Source: Octopus sinensis (taxonomy: Eukaryota). From it: a stretch of DNA of 64,000 bases. Below the pieces are notes generated by a model, which was not told where the DNA came from, made no database searches, and was given only the letters and a program-made list of their open reading frames with translations. Of the stretch, positions 12,301 to 25,912 are shown one piece after another. Location of the stretch: assembly GCF_006345805.1 (NCBI RefSeq), contig NC_043004.1, positions 17,484,001 to 17,548,000 of the forward strand, given 5' to 3'. How positions within the stretch are numbered: the stretch's first letter is position 1; every line of letters begins with the position of its first letter. Position numbers and translations under genes: made by a program.

Positions 12301-14259
12301 TGAATGATTAAAAAACAATAATATATATATATATATATGTATATATGTGCGTGTGTGTATATATAAGCGTGAGTAAGTGTGGCGCGTATCCCCCTGCCCA
12401 TGTTCGATTTATATTTATATGTTACAGTATTGCTATTTGGTCTCATTGTAAATGCTTATTGAGCTGATCGATGATTAAAAGCGTTCCAGCTGTGACGATG
12501 GCATCTATTTGTATATCTACGACCAGATTGCCTATCGTGTCTTTTCTTTCTGCAGACATCGGGGATGTGATAGGAGGAAATTTGTCTGCCGTTTTGAGCA
12601 GGTCGAACGACCGCATAGAGACTAACTTATTGGTTTGATTGCATTTGTATTGTATACTTTGATATCATGTGAACTAACTAGTGATTTAGCGTATCTATAT
12701 ACTTGTGTATAATATCGATACATGCACACACACGCATACATACGTACGCATACATACGTACGCATACATACAAATAATGCATGTATGATACTCTGCTCAA
12801 AAGTATTCAGCGATCCTTCAATTAACGTTTGACTGTTTAGATTTTTAACTATATACATGCACACACACACACACGTGTGTGTGTATATGTATGTATGTAT
12901 GTATGTGTGTGTATGTGTTTGGTGTATATGTATACATATATATTCTTTTTTAGAATAACATATTTCGAAGCACATATAAAACTATAAACAACAGCATGTT
13001 ATAGTGTGTGTGCTTCAAGATATACTATTCCATAAAAGAATTATGTCACGTTCTCTCGAAAGTGCATAAAATTCTCATGTTGTCAACAATATATATGACT
13101 GTGTGTAAGTGCGAGGTATCCAAGTGCACATTCAACCTACCAGGGTAGGCTGGACTGTGAACCGTGGTGAAAGAAACTAACCCAGGAGATGGAGAACTCT
13201 AATAGAATAAAAACCTGGCATGTGTTGCGCATTGTGTTAGTGTCAAAACTTTTCTGCTATCAGCATTTTCAAAATATGTGGCTAGTCCCATACAAACCTT
13301 CTCCACCAAAAACAAATCGTCCGTGTGGATGGCCTGTCAGTCATAATATTGGTCGTTAGAATATCGTTGGTGGTAAACAACGAGAGAACCCATTGCACAT
13401 GCACACACATACTCACATACATATACATACTAATATATATAAATATACACACACATATCATTTAATGTACACCGTGTAAAGGTTACAAGTTACTAGTAGT
13501 TTCGTGCTTTGGAGACACGGGTCTAGGCAAGTTTTTATAACACGACTTGTCTCCAAATAATATTCAGGCTCAGAAGGCGTGCCATAAAAAAACAAACCTG
13601 CCTTGACCGTATCTCAAAAGCAAGAAACTATCCGTCGCCTCATACCTTTATACTGTGTACATTAAATGATATTTATTTCTCACCGGATGGAGTACATTTT
13701 TTGGTGTTCTTACCTTAACGGAACAGTAAACTAAACACACACACATACACATTCACACGTAGTTAAAAAATATGTGTAGTTTAAAAACTATATATTGTGT
13801 ATAAAATATCTCGTATATATTATTTACTGATTTCCGCCACTGAATTAAAGTAATGCAGCGAAAACAATTTTAAGGGTTTTATTCGATTATATTAATCTCT
13901 GTTTTATCTGATATTACTTCGACTTCAGAATGAAAAAGGTTAATTATTATCAATTAGTTAATGAGAAAGTGGTAGGACTCAATTGTACATCTGTTCATTA
14001 AGGCTTCTGTAAATTTACCGAGGAATGAACGGAACGCGGGGTCAAAGACTATCTAGTGCGGGGCTTGAGAAATCCGAGCCAGATTCTTAAAATCAATATT
14101 AAAATCAAAATATATATGTTGCAAGTTGTAGACTATTATTTTGCTTATAAAAATCCGAAATTTTCATTGTCGCACATCTTTATAAGACCATTTAATTTCT
14201 CCTGAAATTGTGCTTTTTACTTCCTGACAGAGAAACTAAAACTATTAGATTACCTTTAA

Positions 14260-14778
14260 GCCATTAACTGCTAAATGTTTTTATTTATATTTTTTGCCTT
14301 TGCCAGGTGTCTTAGGAGTTAAAGTAATATATAGTGTTTAAGTTTTTTTAATATCTGAACTATTTTGGAAATTATGATAAATTTTGCGAAAAGTTCCTAA
14401 AGTGAAATAAAAAAAAAAAAATTTATCTTTTTCTATTTAATTGCAATTTTAAAGATTTTAGTTTCTTTTAGAAACGATAGTATTAAATGCGAATGTGTAT
14501 GAAATATCTATGAATGATATAAATGGGAAATGCAACATCAAAAAGAAAAAAAAAACGTTTTCAAAACAGTCAATATTTTTGTAATTCGAAAATTGCGATT
14601 TATGACATAAAATGTCCTCTAGAATTAGCCAGAGCTAATAAAGACAAACTTTAACTACTAAAACTTGTTAAACATGCAAATGCGATGTACATAAGCAATT
14701 CACTTTAAATACAACGAACAACCGGCAGAGAGATTGCTTTTAGCAGATCCCCAAATGGGACTCATGGCAGGTAATGGA
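14260..14778. mobile_element. piggyBac-like MITE
   Basis: TTAA at 14256-14259 and 14779-14782; imperfect TIR ccattaactgcta / tggcaggtaatgg; AT-rich non-coding interior. Confidence 0.6.
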
Positions 14779-14826
14779 TTAAGCACTGCAAAAAAAATTG
14801 GAAAAGTTACTGATTAGGAAAAACTC

Positions 14827-15025
14827 GTAAGGTGGTGAGTTTTCAGAATCATTAGCACGCCGGGAGAATGCTTGGCTGCATTTCATCTGTATTTACGTTC
14901 GGAGTTCAAATTCCACCGAGACTGAGTTTGCCTTTCACCCTTTCGTGGTCGATAAGTATTGGAATCAATGTGATCGACTAACCACCACCATCGAAATTGC
15001 TGTCTTTGCACCAAAATTTGAAATC
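14827..15025 (+). mobile_element. SINE family B (degenerate)
   Basis: taaggtggtgagttttcagaatcattagcacgccggg...ggagttcaaattccaccgag. Confidence 0.75.
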
Positions 15026-15439
15026 AACATTTTATCTAACTCCATATTTGCATGTTTAATTTTTATAAAGCTGAACATGTACAACTTTATGAAACGTTTT
15101 GAGGGCAAAAAAGTTCTTAACCGATATTCCAGTATTAACAGAAGATCGTTAGCGTCTTTTGAAAGCAATTTATCTATAATATAGTGGATTCATGTGATTA
15201 AATATATTCTAGCGATTAATAAATCATCTAAAGGCCGGAGAAAAAAAAAATTCTTCTAGATTCTAATACTTTACTCATTCCTACCCCTTATATTTTCATT
15301 CGTATTTTTCTTCTTTCTGATACGTTGAGAGCTTAAAGCAACGTTTGTAACAGGTAAACGGATCTCTGGGATATTCGCCAAGCTGGACTTCAAGCATATT
15401 TTTCAATAACTATTATGTAATTAAACTGTGTTGCTAACC

Positions 15440-15622
15440 ACATGTGAATCGTTGGCGAGTTTTTTCCTCTGCTTTTCTTTTCTGTTGGACTTTCTTCTGT
15501 TTCCGAAGAAGAGCTTTGCTCGAAACGTAAAACCACCTTACTTTCCTTCCTTGAACGTCTGCTAAAGCTTTATATGTATCAAGTCCACGCGTTGTTGTTT
15601 TTTTTTTGTTTGTTCTTCGTTA
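15440..15622 (+). mobile_element. About 190-bp non-coding PLE-like module (copy A) carrying a hammerhead motif
   Basis: Homologous in reverse orientation to 15693-15890, 25716-25912 and 45792-45965. Confidence 0.7.
15499..15533 (+). ncRNA. Minimal type-I hammerhead ribozyme motif (U4>C variant)
   Basis: GTTT-CCGAAGA-A-GAGC(TTT)GCTC-GAA-ACGT-A-AAAC: stem I GTTT/AAAC, stem II GAGC/GCTC, palindromic ACGT in place of stem III. Confidence 0.65.
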
Positions 15623-15636
15623 TATGTATATATATA

Positions 15637-15692
<56 letters not shown>

Positions 15693-15694
<2 letters not shown>

Positions 15695-15881
15695 TTAATC
15701 CAAACATGAAAACACAGAGAAAACACAACAACGCGAGGAGGTGGAACAAGTATAGTGTTATTGGACGATCAGGAAAGGAAAGAAAGAAGGAGGAATTAAC
15801 GTTTCGAGCGGAGCTCTTCGTCAGAAACATAGGAAAAGGAAAGATCCAAGGAAGGGAAGACGGAGGAAAAAATCGCCAACG

Positions 15882-15890
<9 letters not shown>
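15693..15890 (-). mobile_element. About 200-bp non-coding PLE-like module (copy B)
   Basis: Closely similar to 25716-25912; tail-to-tail with copy A across a (TA)n(GA)n microsatellite. Confidence 0.75.
15794..15828 (-). ncRNA. Minimal type-I hammerhead ribozyme motif with intact catalytic core
   Basis: Minus strand GTTT-CTGACGA-A-GAGC(TCC)GCTC-GAA-ACGT-T-AATT; CUGANGA and GAAA boxes are perfect, stem I is weakened. Confidence 0.7.
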
Positions 15891-15915
<25 letters not shown>

Positions 15916-15924
15916 GATGTAACC

Positions 15925-16080
15925 ATACACGTGCTTTTCCTGGACCGTTTTTCCCATCTCCGGACCTTTCCTCTCTTCTCTTTCTGAATATGAGGAATGC
16001 TCAAAACATTATATGTGTACGTCCTTATGACTTTTGTTGTTTTGTTATTTTTCATATTTTTAATATTCGATTTGCCTATA
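15925..16080 (+). mobile_element. PLE-like module (copy C) with degenerate hammerhead remnant
   Basis: tttctgaatatgaggaatgctcaaaacatta at about 15981-16011; homologous to 11060-11255. Confidence 0.5.
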
Positions 16081-16981
16081 TATGGACATACACACATACG
16101 CACATATACACGTATATAAGCTGTATGAAAAATATACATTGTTTTTAACAAAACCATCGCAGCGTTCTCACTTTACTCTGCAACTTTCAGTGTTACAGTA
16201 ATTTTCACTTTTGTCAGACGAAGAAGGAGGTGAAATGCATATGGATTCTGATCACCATCGACCACTTCCTTATTAGCATCTTTTAACATTTAGCCTTTAG
16301 TGGTTCATTTGCTAATATTCATTAAAGATTATGAGTTAGTTGTAAAGTGCCCGAGAGAAACCCCTTCTATAATGGCTAGTTTTGATGAGGGAATAACAGT
16401 TACGGTTAATAGTTTCCCCCCCTTGAAATAAATGAAATTATTTTTAAATAGAAGTAAATAAATAGTGTGTGTGGTGTGTGTGTGCATGTGTGAGCTTTAA
16501 TTGACAAGATTCGGTTGCAGTTTATAAGTAGTATTTGAGTTTCACTATTTCACGAAGCTTGGGAGTGTATAACTCAATGCTGTCTGTGTTTAGTCACGCT
16601 AAGAGCTTTGAGAGTGTAAATAGCGATCTGTTTAAAATTACAATATTAATGAAAATGCTTCCGTAATGGAAGTAAGAACTGAAGTGCTTGAGCTAATTAT
16701 AGAGATAGTATGGAATCACAATCGAAAGACTCTTTAAAGAGGTGTTTAACTAGTGTTTATTTTCAAAAATGTCAGATGCTTTAAGAATATAACAATGATG
16801 GAGAGCAATTTCTTACTATAAATACAGAGTTAAAGATATTGAAGTATCTTTGAATCAAGCAAGTTAAACATTTTATGGCTGTAGTTAAGACGATGTATAT
16901 AGTAAATGCAAAAGAATTGGTTAAATTCTTTATGATACAAGGAAAACTTTATTAAATATTTCTATTTTACTTTATGAACAC

Positions 16982-17275
16982 ACGTGGCCCAGTGGTTAGG
17001 AGGTTGCGCTCATGATCTAGTGATTAAGGGTTCGATTCCCGAATCGAGCGGCGCGTTGTGTTTTGGAGCAAAACACTGTATTTTCCTTTGTGCAGTCCAT
17101 TCATCTGTAAATAGGTAATCTTGCTAGGAACTAGTCTTCCGATAAGGGAGAATGTTGCCTAGATCGCCTCACCAGCGGGGTGGCATCGTTCAAAAGCTAA
17201 AACGATGCGAAAAGTGAGTTGTGACAAGCGATGTATAACAACATCTGATAATTTGGTTGATCATGTGACAACGTA
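16982..17275 (+). mobile_element. tRNA-derived SINE (family D)
   Basis: A box gtggcccagtggttagg, B box ggttcgattccc, core gttgtgttttggagcaaaacac. Confidence 0.8.
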
Positions 17276-18294
17276 ATATTTTGTTTTATATTGCAAATTG
17301 TGAACCAGAGTTTCGTTGGTTACAGTTGCCCAAAGGGACAATTTGTAGTTCATTGTATTTATGACGGCGAAAATGACGATGGATTATGACCAGGATTTTA
17401 GTTTCTTACCGATATTTATAATTTACATCAATTTAAGTCGATATAAGGTATGTCAGAATTACATAATTTCCGTTTACCATATTCTGGTCACAAAGCATTG
17501 GTCATTCCGGAACTATGGTAAAAGACATTTGCTCGAAGGAGAGCGGTGTGCAATGGAAGATTGAACTACTTGAGGTGAATATCTGTTTTTAAGATAAAAT
17601 CACTAATATTTTAAAGAAATTTTCTGGATCCCTAAGATTGTTGACGCCGATTACCATGTTTCCATGGGGTATAAATGACAAAGTTCATAAGATTTCCCTG
17701 AATGGGATTCCAATCTGTTGGAGGGTTCCAAGCCAACAAATTTGAAGGGAGGATACAGTTTGATAACATCGACCCCAGTAGATCACTGATACTTTGATTT
17801 TATTGAGCTCGAAGTAATGAAAAGCAAAGTTGACTTCAACGATATTTAAACTCAGAATGTTTAGATCTAAAAGAAATGTTTCGGAGGGAGTGGCATCTGT
17901 GGACAGAAAGAAATGAGGAAGTGTTGCCCTAACTCTAATTTATTAAATCTAAGTAATTAATTAAATAATGTAATTAGTTAATTAAAATTCTGTTGTTGTT
18001 ATATTTACCAATAGATAAATGTATAAATTGTTTACAAGGAAGCTTCATTGTGAAACAGATAACACCAAGTAATGGAATAATTGAAAACTTAAATCTCGAA
18101 ACAAGCGTTATTGATTTATTATGCCATTGTTAGGTTCTTTGGCAAATAAAGGCAGCATTCTGAAGCACTTTCTGTGAGCAAAAAGGTAAAGTAAATGACA
18201 TCATAAGTGTTAATGGTATCCCTATTATGGAATCAAAGAACCTGTAATAGTTATGTAATTTGTGGTTCTTATCGATCTCACTAACCTCCTAATC

Positions 18295-18553
18295 CAGTGG
18301 TTCCCAACAATGGTTCCCAACCCTTCTGTTTAAATGAGTTTTCCCACGGACCCCTTTTAATATATGCTTATCCTTATCTTTTTAGTTTAATGACTAAATA
18401 TATTTTTATTTACTTTTCTCGTCCGAGACAAAAGGATACCCTTATCATTATGTATATATATTAAATTTTGAATTTAGTTCACAAACCCTCGGTATTATCT
18501 TTACTGACTACCAGGTATCTGCGGTCCCCAAGTGATCTATGTTTGAGATCACA
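18295..18553. mobile_element. Degenerate hAT-like MITE
   Basis: Left end cagtggttcccaac as in the element at 58866; right end gtttgagatcac is a degenerate TIR. Confidence 0.4.
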
Positions 18554-19242
18554 AGGGCTGATCATCTCTTCATGTCAATATCAGGAACTTTGGATAAACG
18601 CAGCGATAACGCATGTGATAATATAAAATAACTCTTCCTGATACATTTTCTGATGCTTAAAAAAGAGAAACTAGAATCGATGATGGAGTATCTTACTGTT
18701 TTAATCTTTTGGATGAATTTCAAATGCTGTTTCGGATATACAAAATAATGAGCTAGAACTACAAATATACAAAACACTTCTTGAAATTGTGCCAGAATGA
18801 AGTTTCTGATTCCTTTCAACTCGATTCAATTAAATTTTTGATATCCTAATTAAAATGATTATTCATTTTGGCAGTTTGTAAGCCTATTTAGATATATGTA
18901 AAACATCCACCTATAAGAAATCACGCAATGAAAATTGAAACAAGTTTTAAGATTTACCGATAAGAACAGCTTTTGTTTCAACAATAAAGTTAGTCACGGA
19001 CCAACTATACTTCTATACTTACGGATAATATTTTTGTAAACCTGGTAAAAATTGTTGCATCATCAGTGCCGTCAAGCATTTTAAGCTTTCCAAAGCTATA
19101 TTTAACCATTCACCTTTTATTGAGGTGAATAGTTAAATATATATATTATGCAGCATCGTTGTTGTTACAATGTTTAAAGATTGTTAAATTGGTTAAGTAA
19201 TGCATTGTAAAATTTTAAGTAATGCCACTTAGTTTGAGCGCG

Positions 19243-19356
<114 letters not shown>

Positions 19357-20143
19357 GTTATTTGTAACATTAAAGATATTAGATTACGTTGGGTTTAATC
19401 AACTTTCTGAAGGTTTTACTTTTCTGGTATTTCACCTTTCAAGTAAGTCTTTTTACTGTTAGAAATGTTTTGAAAACCAACTGTTGAATCTCTCTTTTTA
19501 GAATATTCAGGACAAATATTCTTTATTCAGTGTCAGAACGAGTTGTTGAAATTATTTCATATAAGTATTTAATTGTACTTTTTGCTTTCATTTTCATGAA
19601 AAATTTTCAGAAACATTAGTCATGCATACATACCCCAATCATGATATTCTGACAATGTATTTCATCTTAAATCAAAAGAACTTACACTAAAATTAACCAT
19701 GTTCATGTGCGTGTCCCACATAAACAGAACAAGTATTTTTACGGAAAGAAAAAGAAATCGAAAAAATTGAGATAAGTTTGTGTCACTCTTCTCTACAAAA
19801 ATATCAAATACCGTGAAACATAGAGACCTAATCAAATTTGTACGATGTAATTTCGTGTAAAGTATAATTTCGATGAAAGTGATGTTCGACGTTTCTAGAA
19901 AAACGAAAATGATTTATCTATCGTAATGGATGCAACGGATCAAAAACATGGAAGAAACAAGTTTTGACAAAGCGAAATGTTAACTAAATTATGTATTACT
20001 CGATGCTTCACTGTCATTTGATAATTTTCGTTTTAAAATCAAGAACAATAAATATTACAACAATATGCCTGTCAATTTATCAATACGAGGCATACTCTGT
20101 CTGGAACACATTTTATCGCTATCTTTTTAGTTTTATGACTAAA

Positions 20144-20539
20144 CTAGCAGTATCGCCCGGCGTTGCTCGGGTTTGTAAGGGAAATAACTATATAAGCATT
20201 TTTAGAGATGTAAAGTATAATAGCCATCTCAATATGGCTAACCACAAAGGGGGGGGGGTTACTGTAGCTTTTTACGTTCTGAGATTTAATAATAAATTTT
20301 TAGAGAGTTACTTCCCTTATATATGCCAAAAATGCATTAAAAATGGGAAAAATTGATGGTAATTTTTTTAAAAATCGTAGACTCATCGTAGACGCGCGCT
20401 AATACCCAGAAGGGCTCGATATGAATCACAACTATAAGATACCCGGTTTTGGTTAAACTGCACCGCAAAATGTGGGAATAGTTAGGAATCTAAATCGTTG
20501 GAGACAGACAGCACACAACCTTACTTTTATATATAAAGA
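20144..20539 (-). mobile_element. Non-autonomous Helitron, copy 1
   Basis: Minus strand starts TC (20539), ends CTAG (20144), has subterminal hairpin cccgagcaacgccggg and sits between A and T. Confidence 0.85.
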
Positions 20540-20939
20540 TATATTTTAATCTACCTTTCTCGTCCGAGACAAAAGTGTGCTGAAATTACTTGGTAGTTTT
20601 AGTTTGTATATTTAGTTGGGTGGCGATATTTCATGTCTTTTTCTTTTAAAAGGCTCTACTACAAATTTATAGAATTAAGCTGTCTGTTAAAAACTTGTTT
20701 ATATTTCTTATGAAATAAAAAAAAAATGCTGAACCATCGTATGACAAACGATATCTTAAACTCAAATTATTGGCAGATGTGAAATAATCGAAATAATTCG
20801 AAGCTCTAGTTTAAAAATAAAAAAAAACGACAAAAACCAAACAAAACAAGCAACAAAACAAATTATAACGTGAAGGGCCATACTTATACCGAGTGGGATA
20901 ATTTTCATTATAGGTCTTCTCTGTACCAAAATTACTTTA

Positions 20940-21107
20940 AAAAGGCTGTGTCGTTAAAGATGGTCACTTTCCAGCTTCAAGTATTCTGGTTCAGTCTCGA
21001 TGTGCGGTATCTTGAGCAAGTGTCTTTACTTGTTCGGGGTCGTTAATGCGTGAAACTTTGCAGACGGTAGCTGTGCGGAGGCCTATCGTATATATATGTA
21101 TATATAT

Positions 21108-21168
<61 letters not shown>

Positions 21169-21190
21169 ATATATTATATATATATATATA
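20940..21190 (+). mobile_element. Degenerate SINE family A head followed by (TA)n
   Basis: ggctgtgtcgttaaag...cttgagcaagtgtc...tttgcagacggtagctg...atcgtatatat. Confidence 0.55.
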
Positions 21191-21779
21191 ATATGTGACA
21201 AGTATTCGGTAGCCATGATAAAACTTCGAGTTTCGGATGTCGGGGCAGAAACCCACGCTTCCATCTCTTCAGTAATCTGTCACAAAATATTTACAGATAA
21301 ATTCTCTATTTACATAATATCGAGGTCTCTTTCATTCATTTATTGTCTTACCATTTCTATCAATATATATATATATAGTATATTGTTCAAAACAGTTTGA
21401 TTTGGATTCTGTGCTACTTAAAGGTTCAAGCCCCTAACAGAGGCCTTTCCTCAGGCCATAGGAAATCTGGATTTCCACTGGCCTGATAAAAGGAACTCGT
21501 TAGGGGCTTTGAAACTTTAAGTATCACGGAATATGACTCAACCTGTTATGAACAATACATGTAATATCCAATAAATATGTTGAGTGATCTTTCTTTCGTT
21601 TGTTCACTCACTTGTGTATATAGGGTATATATATGTACACACAATACACACACAACTGTGTGTGTGTATATAAACACACACACACACACATATATTTTCT
21701 CGCTAGTACACACAATATTATCTCGTCTTGTTATTCTTCTTTATAATTCAAAACGTAGACACGTACCAGTCAATATTAG

Positions 21780-21935
21780 TGTGTGTGTGTGTGCATTTGT
21801 GTTTGTGTTTGTCCCTTTGCACGGCTTAACAATCAGGTTGGTCTAATGATATCCCAGTAGCTTAACGGTTCAGCGAAAATGACCTGTGGAATAACTATCG
21901 AACTTTAAAAAAAAGTACTGGGATCGATTTGTTTA
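21780..21935 (+). mobile_element. SINE family A 3' fragment
   Basis: cttaacaatcaggttgg...gtagcttaacggttcagcgaaa...gtactgggatcgatttg. Confidence 0.55.
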
Positions 21936-21939
21936 ACCA

Positions 21940-22140
21940 AACACAGCCTGCAGTCACGGCAGAAAGTGATGGCGAACTTCTGCTGACTCTTTCGCCACAA
22001 CTTTCTCTCACTCTTTCCTCCTGCATCTTGCAGCTCACCTGCGACGGACCGGCGTCCCGTCCAGGTGGGGAACCTATACGCCGACGAAAATGGGAAACCA
22101 TCCCTAATGAGCCAGGCATGGCTCGAGAAGAAAAAAGAAA
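21940..22140 (+). mobile_element. 5'-truncated SINE family C with V-domain-like 3' half
   Basis: ctctttcgccacaactttctctcactctttc, then ctgcgacggaccggcgtcccgtccagg; homologous to 57130-57455. Confidence 0.7.
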
Positions 22141-22495
22141 AAAAACTCACGTCTATGAACGTTTGTGCGTATTGTAAGGAGGTATGTAAATATTAAGGAA
22201 ATAAATAACACGAAGCGACGCGTTCAGTTCAAATCAATTTTCTATTGTCTCGTGACAAAGAAACCCAAACCACACTAATATTGACTGGTACGTGTCTACG
22301 TTTTGAATTATAAAGAAGAATAACAAGTCGAGATAATATTGTGTGTTCTTGCGAGAAAATATCTTGAACATCTCTCCGTCATTGTAGTCCAAATTCATAC
22401 AGGTGGGGAATATCAGAATTATATATATATTGTATGTATGTATGTATGTATGTATGTATGTATGTATGTATGTATGTATGTATGTATGTATGTAT

Positions 22496-23197
22496 ATTAA
22501 AGTATTAATTTGAAAGCGACAAGTTCCAAGGTCAACAATATTCCTTATCAAAGCCGACACATATCAAACATAGAGAGCATATATAAGCCATTATAAGCAT
22601 ACAAAAGCATATATATACATATAATAGAGTAATTCCGTGTCTAAATCAAAGTTGGATAAGTAATTGCATAAATACTTACAGATAAATTAAGACGTCCAAG
22701 CTGATGAGATTCAAAGGAAGTCCTCAAATGAATCCAATAAATAGAAAGAGTCGATTCTTAAACATATTTTTACAATCCCACGAATAATTTTATGATTTTT
22801 GTTTAAAAATTCCAAATACGTACATTTTCTTTGATGAAGGAAATATGGATTACCGAAGTTCAAAAGGTCTTACCTACACACTTCGTACATTCCCTGAAAC
22901 GGGCGTAAGACTCTTTCTATTCATTGAATTCATATGAGGACTTCCTTTTGGATTATTGTGAACCGTTATCTCATCAGCTTGTACTTCTTAATTTATCTGT
23001 ATGTATTTATGCAATTACTTATCCGACTTTGATTTGGGCTCGGAATTACAATATCATGTGTATATGTATGTTTTTGTATGTTATGTGTTTGCATGCTTAT
23101 AATGGCTTATACATGCCCACTGTGTTTTGTATTTGTCGGCTTTGATTAGGAGTATCATTGACCTTGGAACTTGCCTCTTTCAAATTAATACTTTAAT
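22496..23197. repeat. Long imperfect inverted repeat (arms 22496-22752 and 22909-23197)
   Basis: Arms align by eye along their length, e.g. attaaagtattaatttgaaag..caagttccaaggtcaa / ttgaccttggaacttg..ctttcaaattaatactttaat. Confidence 0.88.
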
Positions 23198-23264
23198 TTA
23201 ACCGCTCAATAAATTGAACCATACGCTGTTGTTTCTTGAAGAGTTATAATTTTTCATTACTTAT

Positions 23265-23325
23265 ATATATATATATAATATTATATATAGATATATATAT
23301 ATTATATATATATATATATATATAT

Positions 23326-23388
<63 letters not shown>

Positions 23389-23393
23389 ATTAT

Positions 23394-23435
<42 letters not shown>

Positions 23436-23446
23436 ACATATATATA

Positions 23447-23519
<73 letters not shown>

Positions 23520-23523
23520 ATAT

Positions 23524-23562
<39 letters not shown>

Positions 23563-23579
23563 TATATATATATAATATA

Positions 23580-23637
<58 letters not shown>

Positions 23638-23660
23638 ATATATAATATTAAATATATAAT
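23265..23660. repeat. About 400-bp interrupted (TA)n microsatellite
   Basis: Direct reading. Confidence 0.97.
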
Positions 23661-24157
23661 TTAACAAAAATACAACAAACGGAAATTTACAAGAGCATAA
23701 CAAACAAGAAAATTCATAGCTTGTTCCTCATCAGTCAGCGTCCAATATAAATATATATATATATATATAATGTGGTGAGCCTTCATCAAGTATTATAGAA
23801 TAGCATTCGTTCAGTTAAGAGATAATGTTATAATGAAATTTACAAGTCCGTGATTTTCATTATAACACACAAACACACACATGCTCACACACTACTCCCT
23901 CTCTATGTGATATCTATGTATGTATGTATCTATCTTTGAGTACCATAGTAAATGCCCTTGACTGACATTGAACAACAAAGAAAGATAATTAAATAATGAG
24001 GTACCCTTGCTCTAAAAACTGTAACCTGAAAAAGAGTTGTAGAGACAAGAAGGAAATTTACGAAGATTTATCGTTGTCACGAGAATATGAATACCAACAT
24101 ATGAAATATTTAAGCACATATGCAAAATTCCAAAAATGATATTTATGTCGACAATCC

Positions 24158-24160
24158 TGT

Positions 24161-24229
<69 letters not shown>

Positions 24230-24250
24230 AGCGAGAGAGAAAGAGAGAGA
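24158..24250. repeat. (GT)n(GA)n microsatellite
   Basis: Direct reading. Confidence 0.95.
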
Positions 24251-25571
24251 GATAATGTGTGTTTGTAAAATTTATGAATGCAAAGGAAAGAATTGGTGGT
24301 TATTACTTATCTTGACATGTCTTTAAAAGCGCAAGTCAAAATGAATTATACGAATTCCTGTGAATGTCGCTTCTTCAGCCAACCGTTAGAAGATATATTG
24401 CTGCATATAGGGGCAAAATTACGAGGTAAAGACCCCGGAGCAAGCCAGAAATAACATTTCTTAACGCTCGTTTCAACTATCTTTCAGCATGAAATACTAT
24501 CAATAACTTCTCACTTATGCAGTACTACTTAATCTGAAGGGAAAATGAATATGAAGTACATATGGAGTAGAAAAGCTGGCCATTGGAATTTAAGCCCCAC
24601 AGATTCAGTTTCTTTTAAAGACCAAATGTATTTCGTGAGGCTTGTATCATTTTATTTTTATTACATTTCTTAAATGTAGTAATATGTTGATAAAAATAAA
24701 CTTTAAAGCAATTCTTGATAGGTTAGCACTGTTATTATTGGGTTGGGCTTTAAAATAACAGATTAGATATTTCGGGAAACATTTATAGTTAAGGGAGGTA
24801 ATCCTTAGATTGATGTAGATACAGGTAAGGAATGAATCTATAGTAATGTTGTTGGAAAGCTTTCTGAAATACAAAAGGTTAATGGAGGTTGCAAAATATT
24901 AATGAAAAGAATATCTTAGGTTAAATGTATTTGTGTAAAATCTCGTATGATTTGTATGACGGAAAATATAGGGATTAAATTGGAAAAACTGACGTAATAT
25001 GGAGGCAGACGTTTAAACTAGGAACATAATTACACATTCAGATATTTCTTGGTATATGATTACGCTTGGAAATGTTAGGGCGAGTAGTTATGTACTGTAT
25101 TTTATCAGTAAAGCCATTATTACGAAATACCTTTAACAAAGATGATACTAATTTAAATGTAGTCAATTTACTGAATATTCCTTTAAATTTCTCTAAATTT
25201 CTTAAAAGTTCTACCTTAATCGAAATATAACGAAACACTATGTTAAAGGACAAAGCTTCAAGCTATCCTCTCAGTATTCTAGGAATATTTTGTCACCAAC
25301 AATAGTAAACAATCTCATCTTTATTTTCAAATAAGGTAGCATTCGTTTGTCATTTCTTGTAATTAAATGAGGCGAAGTCAACGTAAGTGTGTGAGCTGCC
25401 AGAATCATTAGCAATCCATTCTTTCAGGGTAGATAGAATATAATACCAGTCCAAATACTGGAGTCAATTCTATCGATTGCCCCTGTCTTAAAATTGTGCC
25501 TTTGCGCCAAAATTAGAAAGAATTATTATAACGAGACGTTCTGTAGTTTTATTTGAGTATATAATTGTATA

Positions 25572-25712
25572 TAGGCGCAGGTGTGGGCATGTGGTACCTT
25601 GGACAGCTGTCTTCTACTACAGTCTCGGGCCGACCAAAGCAGCCCCTTGTGAGTGGATTTGGCAGGCAGAAACTGAAAGAAGCCGGTCGTGTATATATAT
25701 ATATATATATAA
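25572..25712 (+). mobile_element. SINE family A head (internally deleted) followed by (TA)n
   Basis: ggtaccttggacagctgtcttctactacagtctcgggccgaccaaagc...aactgaaagaagccggtcg. Confidence 0.7.
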
Positions 25713-25715
25713 AAA

Positions 25716-25912
25716 GTTAATTCAAACATGAAAACACCAAGGGAAAACAACAACGCGAGGACGTGGAACAAATATAGTATTATTGGACGCTCAGGAAGGA
25801 AGGGAAGAAGGAGGGTTTTACGTTTCTAGCGGAGCTCTTCGTCAGGAACATAGGAAAAGGAAAGATCCAGAGAAGGGAAGATGGAGGAAAAAAAATCGCC
25901 AATGGTACACAC
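25716..25912 (-). mobile_element. PLE-like module (copy D) with hammerhead motif at 25815-25849
   Basis: Minus strand GTTC-CTGACGA-A-GAGC(TCC)GCTA-GAA-ACGT-A-AAAC; intact core boxes, one mismatch each in stems I and II. Confidence 0.75.

Noticed and set aside
16982-17050. tRNA-like sequences here and at 31930-31998, 50240-50310, 55500-55565, 55690-55755 and 57385-57455
   Set aside because: A/B boxes are present but there is no complete acceptor stem, and each runs into a SINE body; these are SINE heads, not tRNA genes.
23700-23750. ctgatgagg on the minus strand as a hammerhead core
   Set aside because: No GAAA box after a stem and no stem I partner.
24647-25330. ORFs 24647..24874 and 25038..25253 as a second Penelope fragment
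   Set aside because: Only vague compositional resemblance; no diagnostic motif found.
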